A stretch of DNA of 64,000 bases from Draconibacterium orientale (GCA_020721645.1 DYMH01000001.1:17537-81536); one strand, 5' to 3'. Positions 30,404 through 40,741 are shown, numbered from the stretch's first letter. Numbers and translations: made by a program. Notes: generated by a model not told the origin, from the letters alone.

Positions 30404-31729
30404 ATGAAAAATTTGTTGATTATCATAGGTTTATGTTCTGTTATCTTTGAAGGCTATGCTCAAAAAGAGCTTCTGCAATCCGGTCCGGTTTTGGGATATT
30501 CCGAAATGCGGGAAGTTAAAATCTGGGTGCAAACCAAAATAGAGGCAGAAGTTAAAATCCAATATATCAATGTAAAAGATAAAAAAGAAATTCATTGGAC
30601 AGATGGTGTTCTCACAAAAAAAGCTGAGGCATTTTCCGCAAAATTAACCGCCGACGAAGTAGAGCCTGGAAACCGTTATAAATACACCCTTTATATCAAC
30701 AAAAAAGCTGTTTTGTTTGATTATGAAACTGTTTTTCAAACGCTTCCGGTTTGGAAATGGAGGGGAGATGCTCCGGATTTCAGTTTTATTACGGGAAGTT
30801 GTGCTTATATTAACGAAATAGAATATGACCGCCCCGGAAAACCATACGGCGGCGATTATCAAATTTTCACTAACATTGCCGAAACAAAAGCCGATTTCAT
30901 GCTTTGGCTCGGTGATAATGTCTATCTGAGAGAACCTGATTTTTATTCGCAGACTGGTATTTTTAAACGTTATACGCATACACGCTCAACGCCCGAAATG
31001 CAAAAAATGTTCGCAGTAATGCATCATTACGCCATTTGGGACGACCACGATTACGGACCGAACGATTCAGACCGAGGATATGCTCACAAAGATTTAACAT
31101 TAAAAACTTTTGAATTGTTTTGGCCCAATCCTGCGTTCGGAGTCGGGGAGGAGAGAGGCGTTTATGCCTTTTACAATTGGAACGACTGCGATTTTTTTCT
31201 TTTGGATAACCGATATTACCGTTCGCCCGATTTTTTAAACGAACCGAACAAAACACAACTGGGCGAAAAGCAAAAACAATGGCTCAAAGATGCTTTGATT
31301 GAAAGCGATGCGTCGTTTAAATTTATTGCTCTGGGCGGACAATTTCTCAACACATCTGGCAAATTTGAAATTTATTCTAACTACGGATTTGCCGATGAGC
31401 GAAACGAAATTATCGAGTTTATTCAAAAAAATAACATTAAAAATGTGGTTTTCCTCACAGGCGACCGTCATTTATCAGAAGTAAGTGTTTTAGACCGAGC
31501 CGGCTGCCCTAAAATCTACGATATTACAACATCACCGTTTTCTGCCGGACCCTCGAATATTCCTGAGGACGAAGTAAATCCGTTACGAATACAAGGTTCT
31601 TTGTTTAATCAGCACATATTCGCAAAAATTGATGTTTCCGGAATCTTATCCGAACGAAAAATGACTTTGACCTATCGTGATGCTGATGGCAAAATTTTAT
31701 ATACATTCAATATTCAAAAAGAAAAATAA
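30404..31729 (+). CDS. PhoD-like alkaline phosphatase family protein
   Basis: Signal peptide, then the metallophosphatase motifs 'LWLGDNVY', 'IWDDHDYGPND' and 'VVFLTGDRH'. Confidence 0.85.
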   Translation: MKNLLIIIGLCSVIFEGYAQKELLQSGPVLGYSEMREVKIWVQTKIEAEVKIQYINVKDKKEIHWTDGVLTKKAEAFSAKLTADEVEPGNRYKYTLYINKKAVLFDYETVFQTLPVWKWRGDAPDFSFITGSCAYINEIEYDRPGKPYGGDYQIFTNIAETKADFMLWLGDNVYLREPDFYSQTGIFKRYTHTRSTPEMQKMFAVMHHYAIWDDHDYGPNDSDRGYAHKDLTLKTFELFWPNPAFGVGEERGVYAFYNWNDCDFFLLDNRYYRSPDFLNEPNKTQLGEKQKQWLKDALIESDASFKFIALGGQFLNTSGKFEIYSNYGFADERNEIIEFIQKNNIKNVVFLTGDRHLSEVSVLDRAGCPKIYDITTSPFSAGPSNIPEDEVNPLRIQGSLFNQHIFAKIDVSGILSERKMTLTYRDADGKILYTFNIQKEK

Positions 31730-31735
31730 TCTATA

Positions 31736-31768
31736 AAAAAAGGCTTTTTCAACGAAAAAACCTTTTTT
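31736..31768. terminator. Bidirectional hairpin between the convergent PhoD-like and ACAD genes
   Basis: 15-nt arms AAAAAAGGCTTTTTC / GAAAAAACCTTTTTT with one mismatch and a 3-nt loop. A and T runs flank both sides. Confidence 0.65.
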
Positions 31769-31780
31769 AACAATTAACAT

Positions 31781-32950
31781 TTATTCTCTGTTCGTATATT
31801 CGTCCAAAATATATCTCGAAATCACCAAACGTTGTATTTCCGAAGTTCCCTCACCAATTTGTAAAAGTCGCTGGTCTCTGTAAAATCGTTCAACCTCGTA
31901 ATCTTTCATCAAACCGTAACCGCCGTGCAGTTGAACAGCTTCATCGGCAACTTCCCGTGCAACTTCCGAGCAATACAATTTTGCCATCGCTGCTTCTTTT
32001 GCAAAAGCTTTGTGGTTCGATTTCAGCCAAGCAGCTTTGTATAAAAGATTGCGTGCAGCTTCTATTTTTGTAGCCATATCGGCAAGTTTAAAAGCATTGA
32101 CTTGAAATTCGGAAATCGATTTTCCGAATTGTTTTCTTTCTTTTGAATATTTTAAAGCCAATTCAAAAGCACCTTGTGCCAATCCCAAACCCATGGAACC
32201 AATCGACAAACGCCCGCTGTCGAGCGTGTTGAGCATTATTTTTGAGCCTTCGCCTTGTTTGCCCAAAGTGCAAGAAGCAGGAACTTTCACGTTGTCGAAA
32301 AACAATTCGGCGGTGTCCGAAGCACGCCACACCATTTTATTTTTCATAGGTATTCGCGTGAAACCCGGCGTATTTGCATCTACAAGAATGGTTGTAAATT
32401 CTTTCTTTCCTTCGTCATTCAGTGTAACGCATTGAACTGTTGCTCCGATATTTATTGTCGATGCTCCGTTTGTTATAAATATTTTCGAACCGTTGATAAT
32501 CCAATGACCATCGACTAATTTTGCTGTTGTTTTTGTTCCTCGCGAGTCCGAACCCGCATTGGGTTCTGTGAGTCCGAACGCCCAAAGTGCTTCGCCGGTG
32601 GATAATTTCGGAAGATATTTCTGCTTTTGTTCTTCGGTTCCGTAATTCATAATCGGTCCCATTCCGAGCGAGTTGTGTGCCGCAATTGTAGCAGCTTGCG
32701 AACTGTCCACACGAGCCAATTCTTCCACCGCAATGGTATAGGCTAATGTGTCCATTTCTTGACCTCCGTATTGTTGCGGAATGCGAATGCCGAAAAGACC
32801 AATATCGCCCATTTTTTTTGTCAATTCGGGCGAAAAACGAGCTTCTTCGTCTAACTGTTTGGCAACGGGGCGGATTTCTTTTTCGGCAAAATCACGAACC
32901 ATTCTGCGTATCATTTTATGTTCTTCGGTAAGGAAAGGACTTTTATCCAT
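31781..32950 (-). CDS. Acyl-CoA dehydrogenase (short/branched-chain type), last gene of the carboxylase cluster
   Basis: 'FGLTEPNAGSDSRGTKTTA', 'GSKIFITNG' and 'QIGEGTSEIQRLVISR'. Confidence 0.92.
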   Translation of the reverse strand: MDKSPFLTEEHKMIRRMVRDFAEKEIRPVAKQLDEEARFSPELTKKMGDIGLFGIRIPQQYGGQEMDTLAYTIAVEELARVDSSQAATIAAHNSLGMGPIMNYGTEEQKQKYLPKLSTGEALWAFGLTEPNAGSDSRGTKTTAKLVDGHWIINGSKIFITNGASTINIGATVQCVTLNDEGKKEFTTILVDANTPGFTRIPMKNKMVWRASDTAELFFDNVKVPASCTLGKQGEGSKIMLNTLDSGRLSIGSMGLGLAQGAFELALKYSKERKQFGKSISEFQVNAFKLADMATKIEAARNLLYKAAWLKSNHKAFAKEAAMAKLYCSEVAREVADEAVQLHGGYGLMKDYEVERFYRDQRLLQIGEGTSEIQRLVISRYILDEYTNRE

Positions 32951-33005
32951 ATTTTTTTATTTTGATTTATTTTAAATCTATTATTTTGGGGTGATATTCT
33001 TAAAA

Positions 33006-34811
33006 TCAGATATTTAAGAGCTTTTCAGGAACAGAAATCGTTTGTTTCAATAAATTTTGTGCAAAAATTTTACCTTGTGCATCAATCATTAATGATTTTG
33101 TACCGCCTCCATCGAGCGATTCTTCAACCAGAAAGTTGAGAGACTGCAAGTTATCCAATTCGTAACGAACTACTTTACCTTTGCACGATTCCGAAAAAAC
33201 AGATTTTACAAAATCTGCAGTAATTTTTTCTTTTATAAATTGATATATTTCCGGACTTCTGGCAATGAGTCCGATATTTGCCATATCGCCTTTGTCGCCC
33301 GAACGAGCCAAGCAAATATCTTTCAACTTAACGGGTTTAATGTCTTTCTCTAAAGAATATTCAAGTGAAAAATTATTTTCGGAACTGATTTGAATCTGTC
33401 CTTTGGTTTTCTGCATATCTTCCTCAAAACCGGTAACCGATAGAATATCATACGTTTCTGTAATTTCGCCGGAATCTGTTAATATTTTTACGGAAACCGG
33501 AACTAATGTTTTGGGAATCAATGCGGGCCAATATGTCATCACTTCGCGAATTTGCGGTCGACCGCCTGTAACTGCAACTCCGGGAGGTCCGCTGAGAATA
33601 ATCGGTGCAATGGATTTTGAAAATTCGTTGATTTTGTTTTTATCGTAATCGAAAACGCTGAATTGTAAAAGAATTTCGTTTGGCACAATATCTGTCGGAA
33701 TATCTTTCATCGTTGCGTTGTAGCCAATGTATTCAGTACTTTTCTTAACAAAATCAATTCCAAGTCTTTCCCAAAAAATATTCTCAAAAACACGTGCTTT
33801 TTCCAAAACTTCGCAACCGCCGATAATTACCGAGCCCGATGCTTTAAAACCGTCGGCGTATGCCATCGAAACTTTCAGAAAATGTGTTGATGGTTTGCCT
33901 TTGATACCAAACACTTTCACGCGGTCGTGCCCGGCTTGCTCCAATTGAATGGTTTTAAAATCGGCAATCACATCGGGACTGATATAATTTTCGGGGTCGC
34001 CCATTTCGTAGAGCAATTGTTCCTTGACGGAATTAATTGTAACGCTTCCGCCCGAATTTGGGTGTTTGGTGATGTAAAAATGCCCGTCGGGAAATATTTC
34101 GGCAATAGGGTAACCAAAGTTGTCCCATTTTTCAACTTTTTGCCAATCGGTAAAATTTCCCCCCGAACCTTGTGCTCCGCATTCTATAATATGTCCGGCA
34201 ATCAAAGCCGAAGCCAATTTGTCCCAATCGTTCAGTTTCCAGCCAAATTCAAAAACAGCCGGAGCCATTGTTATTGAAGTATCGGTTACGCGACCGGCAA
34301 TTATTAAATCAGCTTCCGATTCCAATGCTTTTAAAAGTGGAAGCAACCCGAGATATGCGTTGGCACTTTGTATTCGGTCTTTTATTGTTTGAAAATCTTC
34401 GTCCGATTCCATATTTTTAAAATCGGCTTTTGCAGGATAAAATTCAGTCATCGAATCTATCAAGTTATCTCCTTCAACAAGGGCGATTTTTAATATGGTT
34501 TTTTCGTCCAAACGCCGAATAATTTCGCGGGCACAAGCCAAAGGATTGATTCCGCCGGCATTGGCTATCATGCGAATTTTTTTTGTTTTTAACAAATCGG
34601 CAACATCAACAATTTGATCTACAAAATCGGTAACATAGCCTGTTTGCGGATTTTTCTGTTGTTGTTTTCGCAGAATGCTCATGGTTATTTCTGCCAAATA
34701 ATCGCTTGAAATATAATCCAAAGCGATACCGCCTTCAATTTGTCGGCGAAGGGCTTTTAAATCATCGCCCCAAAAACCGCCTGCATTGCCTATTTTTATT
34801 GATGTTTTCAT
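33006..34811 (-). CDS. atuA: AtuA family protein (DUF1446 with a fused DUF4387-like C-terminal module)
   Basis: The N-terminus 'IKIGNAGGFWGDD...LDYISSDYLAEITMSIL' is typical of DUF1446/AtuA. The C-terminal 'ARSGDKGDMANIGLIARS' resembles the separate DUF4387 module. Confidence 0.85.
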   Translation of the reverse strand: MKTSIKIGNAGGFWGDDLKALRRQIEGGIALDYISSDYLAEITMSILRKQQQKNPQTGYVTDFVDQIVDVADLLKTKKIRMIANAGGINPLACAREIIRRLDEKTILKIALVEGDNLIDSMTEFYPAKADFKNMESDEDFQTIKDRIQSANAYLGLLPLLKALESEADLIIAGRVTDTSITMAPAVFEFGWKLNDWDKLASALIAGHIIECGAQGSGGNFTDWQKVEKWDNFGYPIAEIFPDGHFYITKHPNSGGSVTINSVKEQLLYEMGDPENYISPDVIADFKTIQLEQAGHDRVKVFGIKGKPSTHFLKVSMAYADGFKASGSVIIGGCEVLEKARVFENIFWERLGIDFVKKSTEYIGYNATMKDIPTDIVPNEILLQFSVFDYDKNKINEFSKSIAPIILSGPPGVAVTGGRPQIREVMTYWPALIPKTLVPVSVKILTDSGEITETYDILSVTGFEEDMQKTKGQIQISSENNFSLEYSLEKDIKPVKLKDICLARSGDKGDMANIGLIARSPEIYQFIKEKITADFVKSVFSESCKGKVVRYELDNLQSLNFLVEESLDGGGTKSLMIDAQGKIFAQNLLKQTISVPEKLLNI

Positions 34812-34840
34812 TTTTTTATTTGTTTAAAAATCTTGAAGAT

Positions 34841-36838
34841 TTACGGTAATATTTGTTTCTCGAATCGAATTAATATTTTACTTGCATCGACATTTTCATT
34901 TTCTTTAATTCTTATTTCGGCAATTTTCCCAATTTTCGGCGACAAGATTCTGTTTTCTGTTTTCATGGATTCCACAATCAGTAAAATATCGCCTTTTTTC
35001 ACTTCATCTCCCGATTTTACATGAATTTTAATTACTTTTCCGGGCATTGGTGAAAAAATATTGTCGGAAATTTGTCCGTCGGTTTCCGTAAAATCGAATT
35101 GAGTATCCTGCGGCAGAAAATCTTTTCGCTTCATTTTAAAAATAAATCCGTCGAGCGAAAGCCATACAAAGCCAAATTTATCCTGTGAAACAACTGTTGA
35201 ATAATATGTTTGGTCGATTGTGAATTGAATTAAATGATTTTCAAATCGTTCAATCCGTGCAGAATAATTTTTATCTTCAAAAAGAAAACAGATTTCTTTT
35301 GTGTTTTGGTCCGTAATTTCAACTGTTTTAGTACCTGTTTCGCACTCAAAATCGAATTTGATATAATTTCGCCAATATCCGATTTCTTTCCAAACGGTAT
35401 CTTTTTCTTCATGATTTTTGAGTATGGAAAAAAGCAAAAACGCAGTCAGAGGTACAATTTTATCGATATCGGTTTTATCGCTTTGTAGTTTTTGAATTAT
35501 ATTTGGCGTTTCTCTTTCGCAAAATTTCACGGAAATTTGATTGTTCCTGAAATGCTGATGTTTTATCAATGCAGATAAATAGGAAACGTTGGTTTTAATT
35601 CCGTGAATTAAGTAATTTTCCAATGCCGAAATCATTTTTTCGATAGCTTTCTCTCTGCTTTGGGCACCAACAATCAATTTGGAAATCATCGGGTCGTATG
35701 AACTTTTTATGGCAGTTTTAGATGCAACACCTGTATCAATACGAATTTCAGGTCCCTGAGGTTCTTGGTAAAAACACATCGTTCCCGGCGAAGGCAGAAA
35801 TTCATTTTCAGCATCTTCGGCATAAATACGGCATTCGATGGCGTGTCCGCTTTGTTTTATGTCTTTTTGCGAAAAACTGATTGGATTTCCGGCGGCAATC
35901 GAAATCTGTTCTGTAACAATATCTATTCCGGTAGTCATTTCTGTAACAGGATGTTCTACCTGAATCCGTGTATTCATCTCCAAAAAATAGAAATTTTGAT
36001 TGGAATCGAGCAAAAATTCAATTGTTCCCGCACTGTCGTATTTTATTTCTTTGGCAATTTTTACCGCCGTATCGCATATTTTTTCACGCAATTCGTTAGA
36101 TAGAGTGGGAGAGGGGGCTTCTTCTATTATTTTTTGATAACGACGCTGAATTGAACATTCGCGTTCGAAAAGATGAAGTATGTTTCCGAGTTTGTCGCCC
36201 AAAATTTGAACTTCGATATGGCGTGGATTTTCGGCATATTGTTCGATATAAACCGTTTCATCGCCGAAATACGCTTTCGCTTCGCGCGATGTGGCTTCGA
36301 GTGCAGGTTTTAGTTCTTCGAGTGTTCTTATAATACGCATTCCTTTACCTCCGCCGCCAGCCGCGGCTTTCACGAGTACGGGTAAGGTGATTTCGTCGGA
36401 ATTCCAAATGATATTTTCGATATCCCCGGTTATGGCTTTTATTAACGGAACTCCGATTTTTTCGACAAATTCTCTTGATTCAATTTTATTTCCCATCAAG
36501 CGAATAGCTTCGGAATGCGGACCGATAAAAACAATTCCCTTCTTTTGACAGGCATCAATGAAATTGTGATTTTCGGATAAAAAACCATAACCCGGATGTA
36601 CGGCTTCACTTTTTGATTTGAGGGCTATTCCGACGATTTTATTGATATTCAGATAGGTTTCTGAGAGATTTCCGTTTCCCAAACAATACGTTTCATCTGC
36701 CATCGAAACATGAAGCGAATCAAAATCGTCTTCGGCATAAACGGCAGCGGTTTTGATATTTAGTTTTTGTGCCGATTTTATAATTCTGACGGCTATTTCG
36801 CCGCGATTGGCAATCAATATCTTTGAAAATATCTTCAT
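34841..36838 (-). CDS. Biotin-dependent acyl-CoA carboxylase alpha subunit (biotin carboxylase plus BCCP), methylcrotonyl/geranyl-CoA type
   Basis: 'ILIANRGEIAVRI', ATP-grasp 'KAAAGGGGKGMR', 'EMNTRIQVEHPVTE', and a C-terminal biotinyl motif 'VESMKTEN'. Confidence 0.93.
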   Translation of the reverse strand: MKIFSKILIANRGEIAVRIIKSAQKLNIKTAAVYAEDDFDSLHVSMADETYCLGNGNLSETYLNINKIVGIALKSKSEAVHPGYGFLSENHNFIDACQKKGIVFIGPHSEAIRLMGNKIESREFVEKIGVPLIKAITGDIENIIWNSDEITLPVLVKAAAGGGGKGMRIIRTLEELKPALEATSREAKAYFGDETVYIEQYAENPRHIEVQILGDKLGNILHLFERECSIQRRYQKIIEEAPSPTLSNELREKICDTAVKIAKEIKYDSAGTIEFLLDSNQNFYFLEMNTRIQVEHPVTEMTTGIDIVTEQISIAAGNPISFSQKDIKQSGHAIECRIYAEDAENEFLPSPGTMCFYQEPQGPEIRIDTGVASKTAIKSSYDPMISKLIVGAQSREKAIEKMISALENYLIHGIKTNVSYLSALIKHQHFRNNQISVKFCERETPNIIQKLQSDKTDIDKIVPLTAFLLFSILKNHEEKDTVWKEIGYWRNYIKFDFECETGTKTVEITDQNTKEICFLFEDKNYSARIERFENHLIQFTIDQTYYSTVVSQDKFGFVWLSLDGFIFKMKRKDFLPQDTQFDFTETDGQISDNIFSPMPGKVIKIHVKSGDEVKKGDILLIVESMKTENRILSPKIGKIAEIRIKENENVDASKILIRFEKQILP

Positions 36839-36924
36839 GAAAATTTAGTGTTATTAGGTGCTGAGCAAATAGTTTTTGCGGCATTATTTTCTTTTATCTT
36901 GATTCTTGTGTCTTAAATCGTTCA

Positions 36925-37731
36925 TTAACAAAATGAAAAAATGTAATCGGTCAGTATAATCCAATTTGGTTTACGTTTTTCTAAAAAGGCGTTCATTCCT
37001 TCCTGTCCTTCCGGCGAGGAGCGTGATTTGGCTATTTCTTCAATTGTAAAATCAATTATCTCTTCCATTTTTTTTTCTTCGGATACTTTTGAAATCAGAT
37101 TTTTACATGCAGAAACGGCGTTCGGACCGGCAGAAAATATATCATTCAACAAAAAAGAAATGTATTCCGATATTTTATCCGAAGAAATTGATTTGTTGAT
37201 TAATCCGAATTTTTCGGCTTCCCAGGCAGTGAATTTGCGTCCGGAGAGCATCAGTTCTCGCGAAGGAAATTCGCCGATACGTTTGATGATGTAGGGCGAA
37301 ATCATTGCCGGAATAATTCCGAGTTTTATTTCGCTGAATGCGAAAACCGTGTTTTCTTCGGCAACTGCAAAATCGCAGGCTGCTGCAATGCCGTTGGCTC
37401 CGCCCATCACCGAACCGTGAACGACGGCAATTGTCGGTTTTGAGCATTGATATATTTTTTGCAGGAGAACAGCCAAACGGCTGCTGTCTTCAAATGTTTG
37501 TTCTTTGTTGAATGCTGCGGTTGTTTTCATCCAATTCAAATCGGCACCGGCACAAAAGGCTTTTCCTCTGCCGTGAATGATAATTGCACGGATTTCGGAA
37601 TTTGCCGAAAGTTGCGAAAAAACGACATTCAGTTCCCGAATCATCAAATCGTTCATGGCATTTCGGATGTCGGGGCGGTTGAGGATTATTTCGGCAACTG
37701 AGGATTTTATGTTGAGTTCGAGGGTTTTCAA
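36925..37731 (-). CDS. Enoyl-CoA hydratase/isomerase family (methylglutaconyl-CoA hydratase-like)
   Basis: 'ILNRPDIRNAMN', 'FCAGADL' and 'VHGSVMGGANGIAAACDF'. TTG start. Confidence 0.9.
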   Translation of the reverse strand: MKTLELNIKSSVAEIILNRPDIRNAMNDLMIRELNVVFSQLSANSEIRAIIIHGRGKAFCAGADLNWMKTTAAFNKEQTFEDSSRLAVLLQKIYQCSKPTIAVVHGSVMGGANGIAAACDFAVAEENTVFAFSEIKLGIIPAMISPYIIKRIGEFPSRELMLSGRKFTAWEAEKFGLINKSISSDKISEYISFLLNDIFSAGPNAVSACKNLISKVSEEKKMEEIIDFTIEEIAKSRSSPEGQEGMNAFLEKRKPNWIILTDYIFSFC

Positions 37732-37848
37732 TAAAAAAAAATTAGGAATTAGGAATTATACTATTAGATATTTGTAAGTGTTTAATATCATGCAAAATCA
37801 ACATATCAACACATCATCACATCAAATAATCAATCAATCAGAGTATAT

Positions 37849-39456
37849 CTACATTCTAAAAACGCCGTTTTTCATTTCGGGAAAAGGATTGTTTAGTGAT
37901 GCAGCAATGCACATTGCAATAATTTTACGAGTATCTTTGGGGTCGATAATTCCATCGTCCCAAATTCGTGCTGTACTGTAATATGCCGAACCTTCGGTTT
38001 CGTATTTTTCGAGAATATTTTGTCGAAGTTTTTCAGCTTCTTCAGCGGGTATTTGTTGTCCTTTTGATTCGTATTGTTGCTGTTTTACAGAAACTAAAAC
38101 TCCGGCTGCCTGTTCGCCGCCCATAACAGATATTTTGGCATTGGGCCACATAAACAAAAATCGTGGGTCGAAAGCCCTCCCCGCCATGGCGTAATTTCCT
38201 GCCCCAAAAGAACCTCCGAATATCACCGTAAATTTTGGGACATTGGCATTAGCAACAGCGTGTACCAATTTGGCTCCGTCACGGGCAATGCCTCGATGTT
38301 CATATTCTTTACCAACAATAAAACCTGTTATGTTTTGTAGAAATAAAATCGGGATTTTTCGCGAGCAACACAGTTCGATAAAATGTGCACCTTTCAGAGC
38401 TGTTTCAGAAAATAAAACGCCATTGTTGGCAATTATTCCGACCGGGTATCCCATGATTCGGGCAAATCCTGTTACAAGGGTGGGAGCATAGCGTTCTTTA
38501 AATTCGTGAAATTTGCTTCCGTCCACCATTCGCATAATGATTTCGTGAGCATCAACCTGTTTTTTCAAATCAATGGGGGCGATGCCATATAATTCATCGG
38601 GATTGTAGTAGGGTTCTTCGGATTCTGCTTTTTCGAGTGTTTGCTTTTCGTTCCGACTGATGGTTTCAAAAATATTTCTGCAAATACGAATTGCGTGCGT
38701 ATCGTTTTCGGCTAAATGGTCGGCTGTTCCGCTGATTGTTGAATGAACCAGACCGCCTCCCAATTCTTCGGCAGTTACTTCTTCACCTGTGGCGGCTTTT
38801 ACCAAAGGCGGACCTCCGATAAATATTGTACCCTGATTTCGCACAATTATTGTTTCATCGCACATTGCCGGAACGTATGCACCTCCTGCTGTGCAAGAGC
38901 CCATAACAAGTGCAATTTGAGGAATCCCCTGAGCCGACATTTGAGCTTGATTGAAAAAAAATCTGCCAAAATCGAATCTGTCCGGAAAAACACGTGCCTG
39001 CTCGGGCAAAAATGCACCTCCCGAATCGACCAAATAGACGCAGGGCAATTTATTTTCTAAGGCGATTTGCTGGGCGCGAACGTGTTTTTTAATGGTTTCT
39101 GAGGCATACGTACCCCCTTTTACGGTGGCATCGTTGGCAATAATAATCGTTTCTTTACCATGAATTACGCCGACTCCGGTTATGATTCCCGCAGAAGGAA
39201 AGCTATTGTCGTAAAGACCGTAAGCTGCTAATGTTGATAGTTCTAAAAACGGCGTTTCGGAGTCAATTAATAAATCGATACGTTCGCGAGCCAAGAGTTT
39301 GCCTCTTTTCTTATGTATATTAACGGCTTCCGAAGTGCTGCGGTTTCTCGGTTCTCTTAAAATCTGATGAAATTTATCGAGAATTGTAAGATATTGGCTT
39401 TTCGCAGAGAGAAATTCCGAAGTTGTGGTGTCTATTTTGGTTTCTAATCGGTACAC
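37849..39456 (-). CDS. Acyl-CoA carboxylase carboxyltransferase (beta) subunit, methylcrotonyl-CoA carboxylase-like
   Basis: '[51 protein letters not shown]' is nearly identical in pattern to MCCC2/LiuB-type proteins. Confidence 0.95.
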   Translation of the reverse strand: MYRLETKIDTTTSEFLSAKSQYLTILDKFHQILREPRNRSTSEAVNIHKKRGKLLARERIDLLIDSETPFLELSTLAAYGLYDNSFPSAGIITGVGVIHGKETIIIANDATVKGGTYASETIKKHVRAQQIALENKLPCVYLVDSGGAFLPEQARVFPDRFDFGRFFFNQAQMSAQGIPQIALVMGSCTAGGAYVPAMCDETIIVRNQGTIFIGGPPLVKAATGEEVTAEELGGGLVHSTISGTADHLAENDTHAIRICRNIFETISRNEKQTLEKAESEEPYYNPDELYGIAPIDLKKQVDAHEIIMRMVDGSKFHEFKERYAPTLVTGFARIMGYPVGIIANNGVLFSETALKGAHFIELCCSRKIPILFLQNITGFIVGKEYEHRGIARDGAKLVHAVANANVPKFTVIFGGSFGAGNYAMAGRAFDPRFLFMWPNAKISVMGGEQAAGVLVSVKQQQYESKGQQIPAEEAEKLRQNILEKYETEGSAYYSTARIWDDGIIDPKDTRKIIAMCIAASLNNPFPEMKNGVFRM

Positions 39457-39770
39457 ATTTTTTTTTTAAGTGAAAATAATATTCGAAAGATAGCATTCTA
39501 AAAGGTAAAATTCAAACGGAAAGCACCATCGAAATCGTTTTCGGACACTGTCAATATTAAAAAAAAAAAATGAATTTACAAATTGATATAAATAAATATG
39601 AAAATTAAAATAAATATCATTTAAACAAATTTTTGTTCGATAGCAAAATAATATAGATAGAAAAAGTGAATTTTTAAGAATAGTTGCTTCTGTACTGCCC
39701 GAATTGATTCGTTTGTAAAAGTTATTAACAATTTTTTGGGAAGAAGTGTTGTCGGTTTGTAAATTAATTG

Positions 39771-39778
39771 TACTTTTG
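39771..39778 (+). promoter_or_regulatory. Candidate -7 box (TACTTTTG) for rplM-rpsI
   Basis: TAnnTTTG match 69 nt upstream of the GTG at 39848. Confidence 0.45.
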
Positions 39779-39847
39779 CAAACCTGAAAATTGTGCAAAT
39801 TGTTCAGAAAAAAGAATCATTTTATTAATTCCAAAAAGCAAAACAAC

Positions 39848-40303
39848 GTGGATACATTAAGCTACAAAACAATTTCCGCCAACAAAACAGCCGCTCGCAA
39901 AGAATGGTTGTTGGTTGATGCGGAAGGAAAGACCCTCGGACGCTTGGCTGCGGTTGTTGCAATTATGTTGAGAGGTAAACACAAAACGAATTACACCCCT
40001 CATGCCGATTGCGGCGACAATGTTGTGGTCATCAATGCCGAAAAAATTCAATTAACCGGAACCAAATGGGAGGACAAAGAGTATGTTCGCTATACAGGAT
40101 ATCCGGGCGGTCAAATCTTAACACCAGTAAAAGATGTGTTGAAGAAGAAACCTGAGTTTATGATAGAAAAAGCTGTTAAAGGTATGCTTCCCAAAAACAG
40201 ATTGGGACGGGAACTCTTCCGCAACCTACATGTTTATGTTGGTTCGGAGCATCAACAAGAAGCTCAAAAACCGCGAAAAATCGAATTAAATACAATTAAA
40301 TAA
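39848..40303 (+). CDS. rplM: 50S ribosomal protein L13
   Basis: 'KEWLLVDAEGKTLGRLAAVVAIMLRGKHK..YTPH.DCGD.VVVINAEK'. The GTG at 39848 gives a 151-aa L13-sized product. The track's upstream start would add an unconserved extension. Confidence 0.94.
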   Translation: MDTLSYKTISANKTAARKEWLLVDAEGKTLGRLAAVVAIMLRGKHKTNYTPHADCGDNVVVINAEKIQLTGTKWEDKEYVRYTGYPGGQILTPVKDVLKKKPEFMIEKAVKGMLPKNRLGRELFRNLHVYVGSEHQQEAQKPRKIELNTIK

Positions 40304-40304
40304 C

Positions 40305-40691
40305 ATGGAAACAGTAAACGCAACAGGCAGAAGAAAAACTGCGGTAGCCCGTGTCTTTCTTAGAGAAGGTTCAGGCAAAATTACGATTAACAAAAAAGAC
40401 ATCGATGTTTATTTTCCGTTAAAACAATTGCAATACATTGTTCGCCAGCCGATAGAAGCTCTTGGCGTTGCAGAAAAATATGACATCACTGCCAATATCG
40501 ATGGCGGCGGTTTTAAAGGACAGGCTGAGGCTTTGAGAATGGCGATATCCCGTGCATTTGTGGAAGTGAATGCCGAAGACAAACCTGCATTGAAAGCTAA
40601 AGGATTTTTAACACGAGATTCCCGAAAAGTAGAACGTAAAAAACCAGGTCAACCCGGAGCTCGCAAGAAATTCCAATTCAGCAAACGGTAA
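40305..40691 (+). CDS. rpsI: 30S ribosomal protein S9
   Basis: 'ATGRRKTAVARVFL' and the C-terminal 'RKKPGQPGARKKFQFSKR'. Confidence 0.97.
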   Translation: METVNATGRRKTAVARVFLREGSGKITINKKDIDVYFPLKQLQYIVRQPIEALGVAEKYDITANIDGGGFKGQAEALRMAISRAFVEVNAEDKPALKAKGFLTRDSRKVERKKPGQPGARKKFQFSKR

Positions 40692-40741
40692 TATTTTTAA
40701 TATTACGGATATTAGACATAACATCATGTTAATTTTTACGA

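Noticed and set aside
39569-39580. A12 homopolymer in the divergent carboxylase-operon / rplM spacer
   Set aside because: Same reasoning as for the T12 tract: non-coding context, nothing to indicate phase variation from a single sequence.
39466-39798. 110-aa minus-strand ORF filling the spacer between the carboxylase operon and rplM
   Set aside because: It has very low complexity (Phe/Asn/Ile-rich) and would start inside the predicted rplM promoter. It runs through a 12-nt homopolymer and has no recognisable family, so I treat the spacer as non-coding. A homology search could overturn this.
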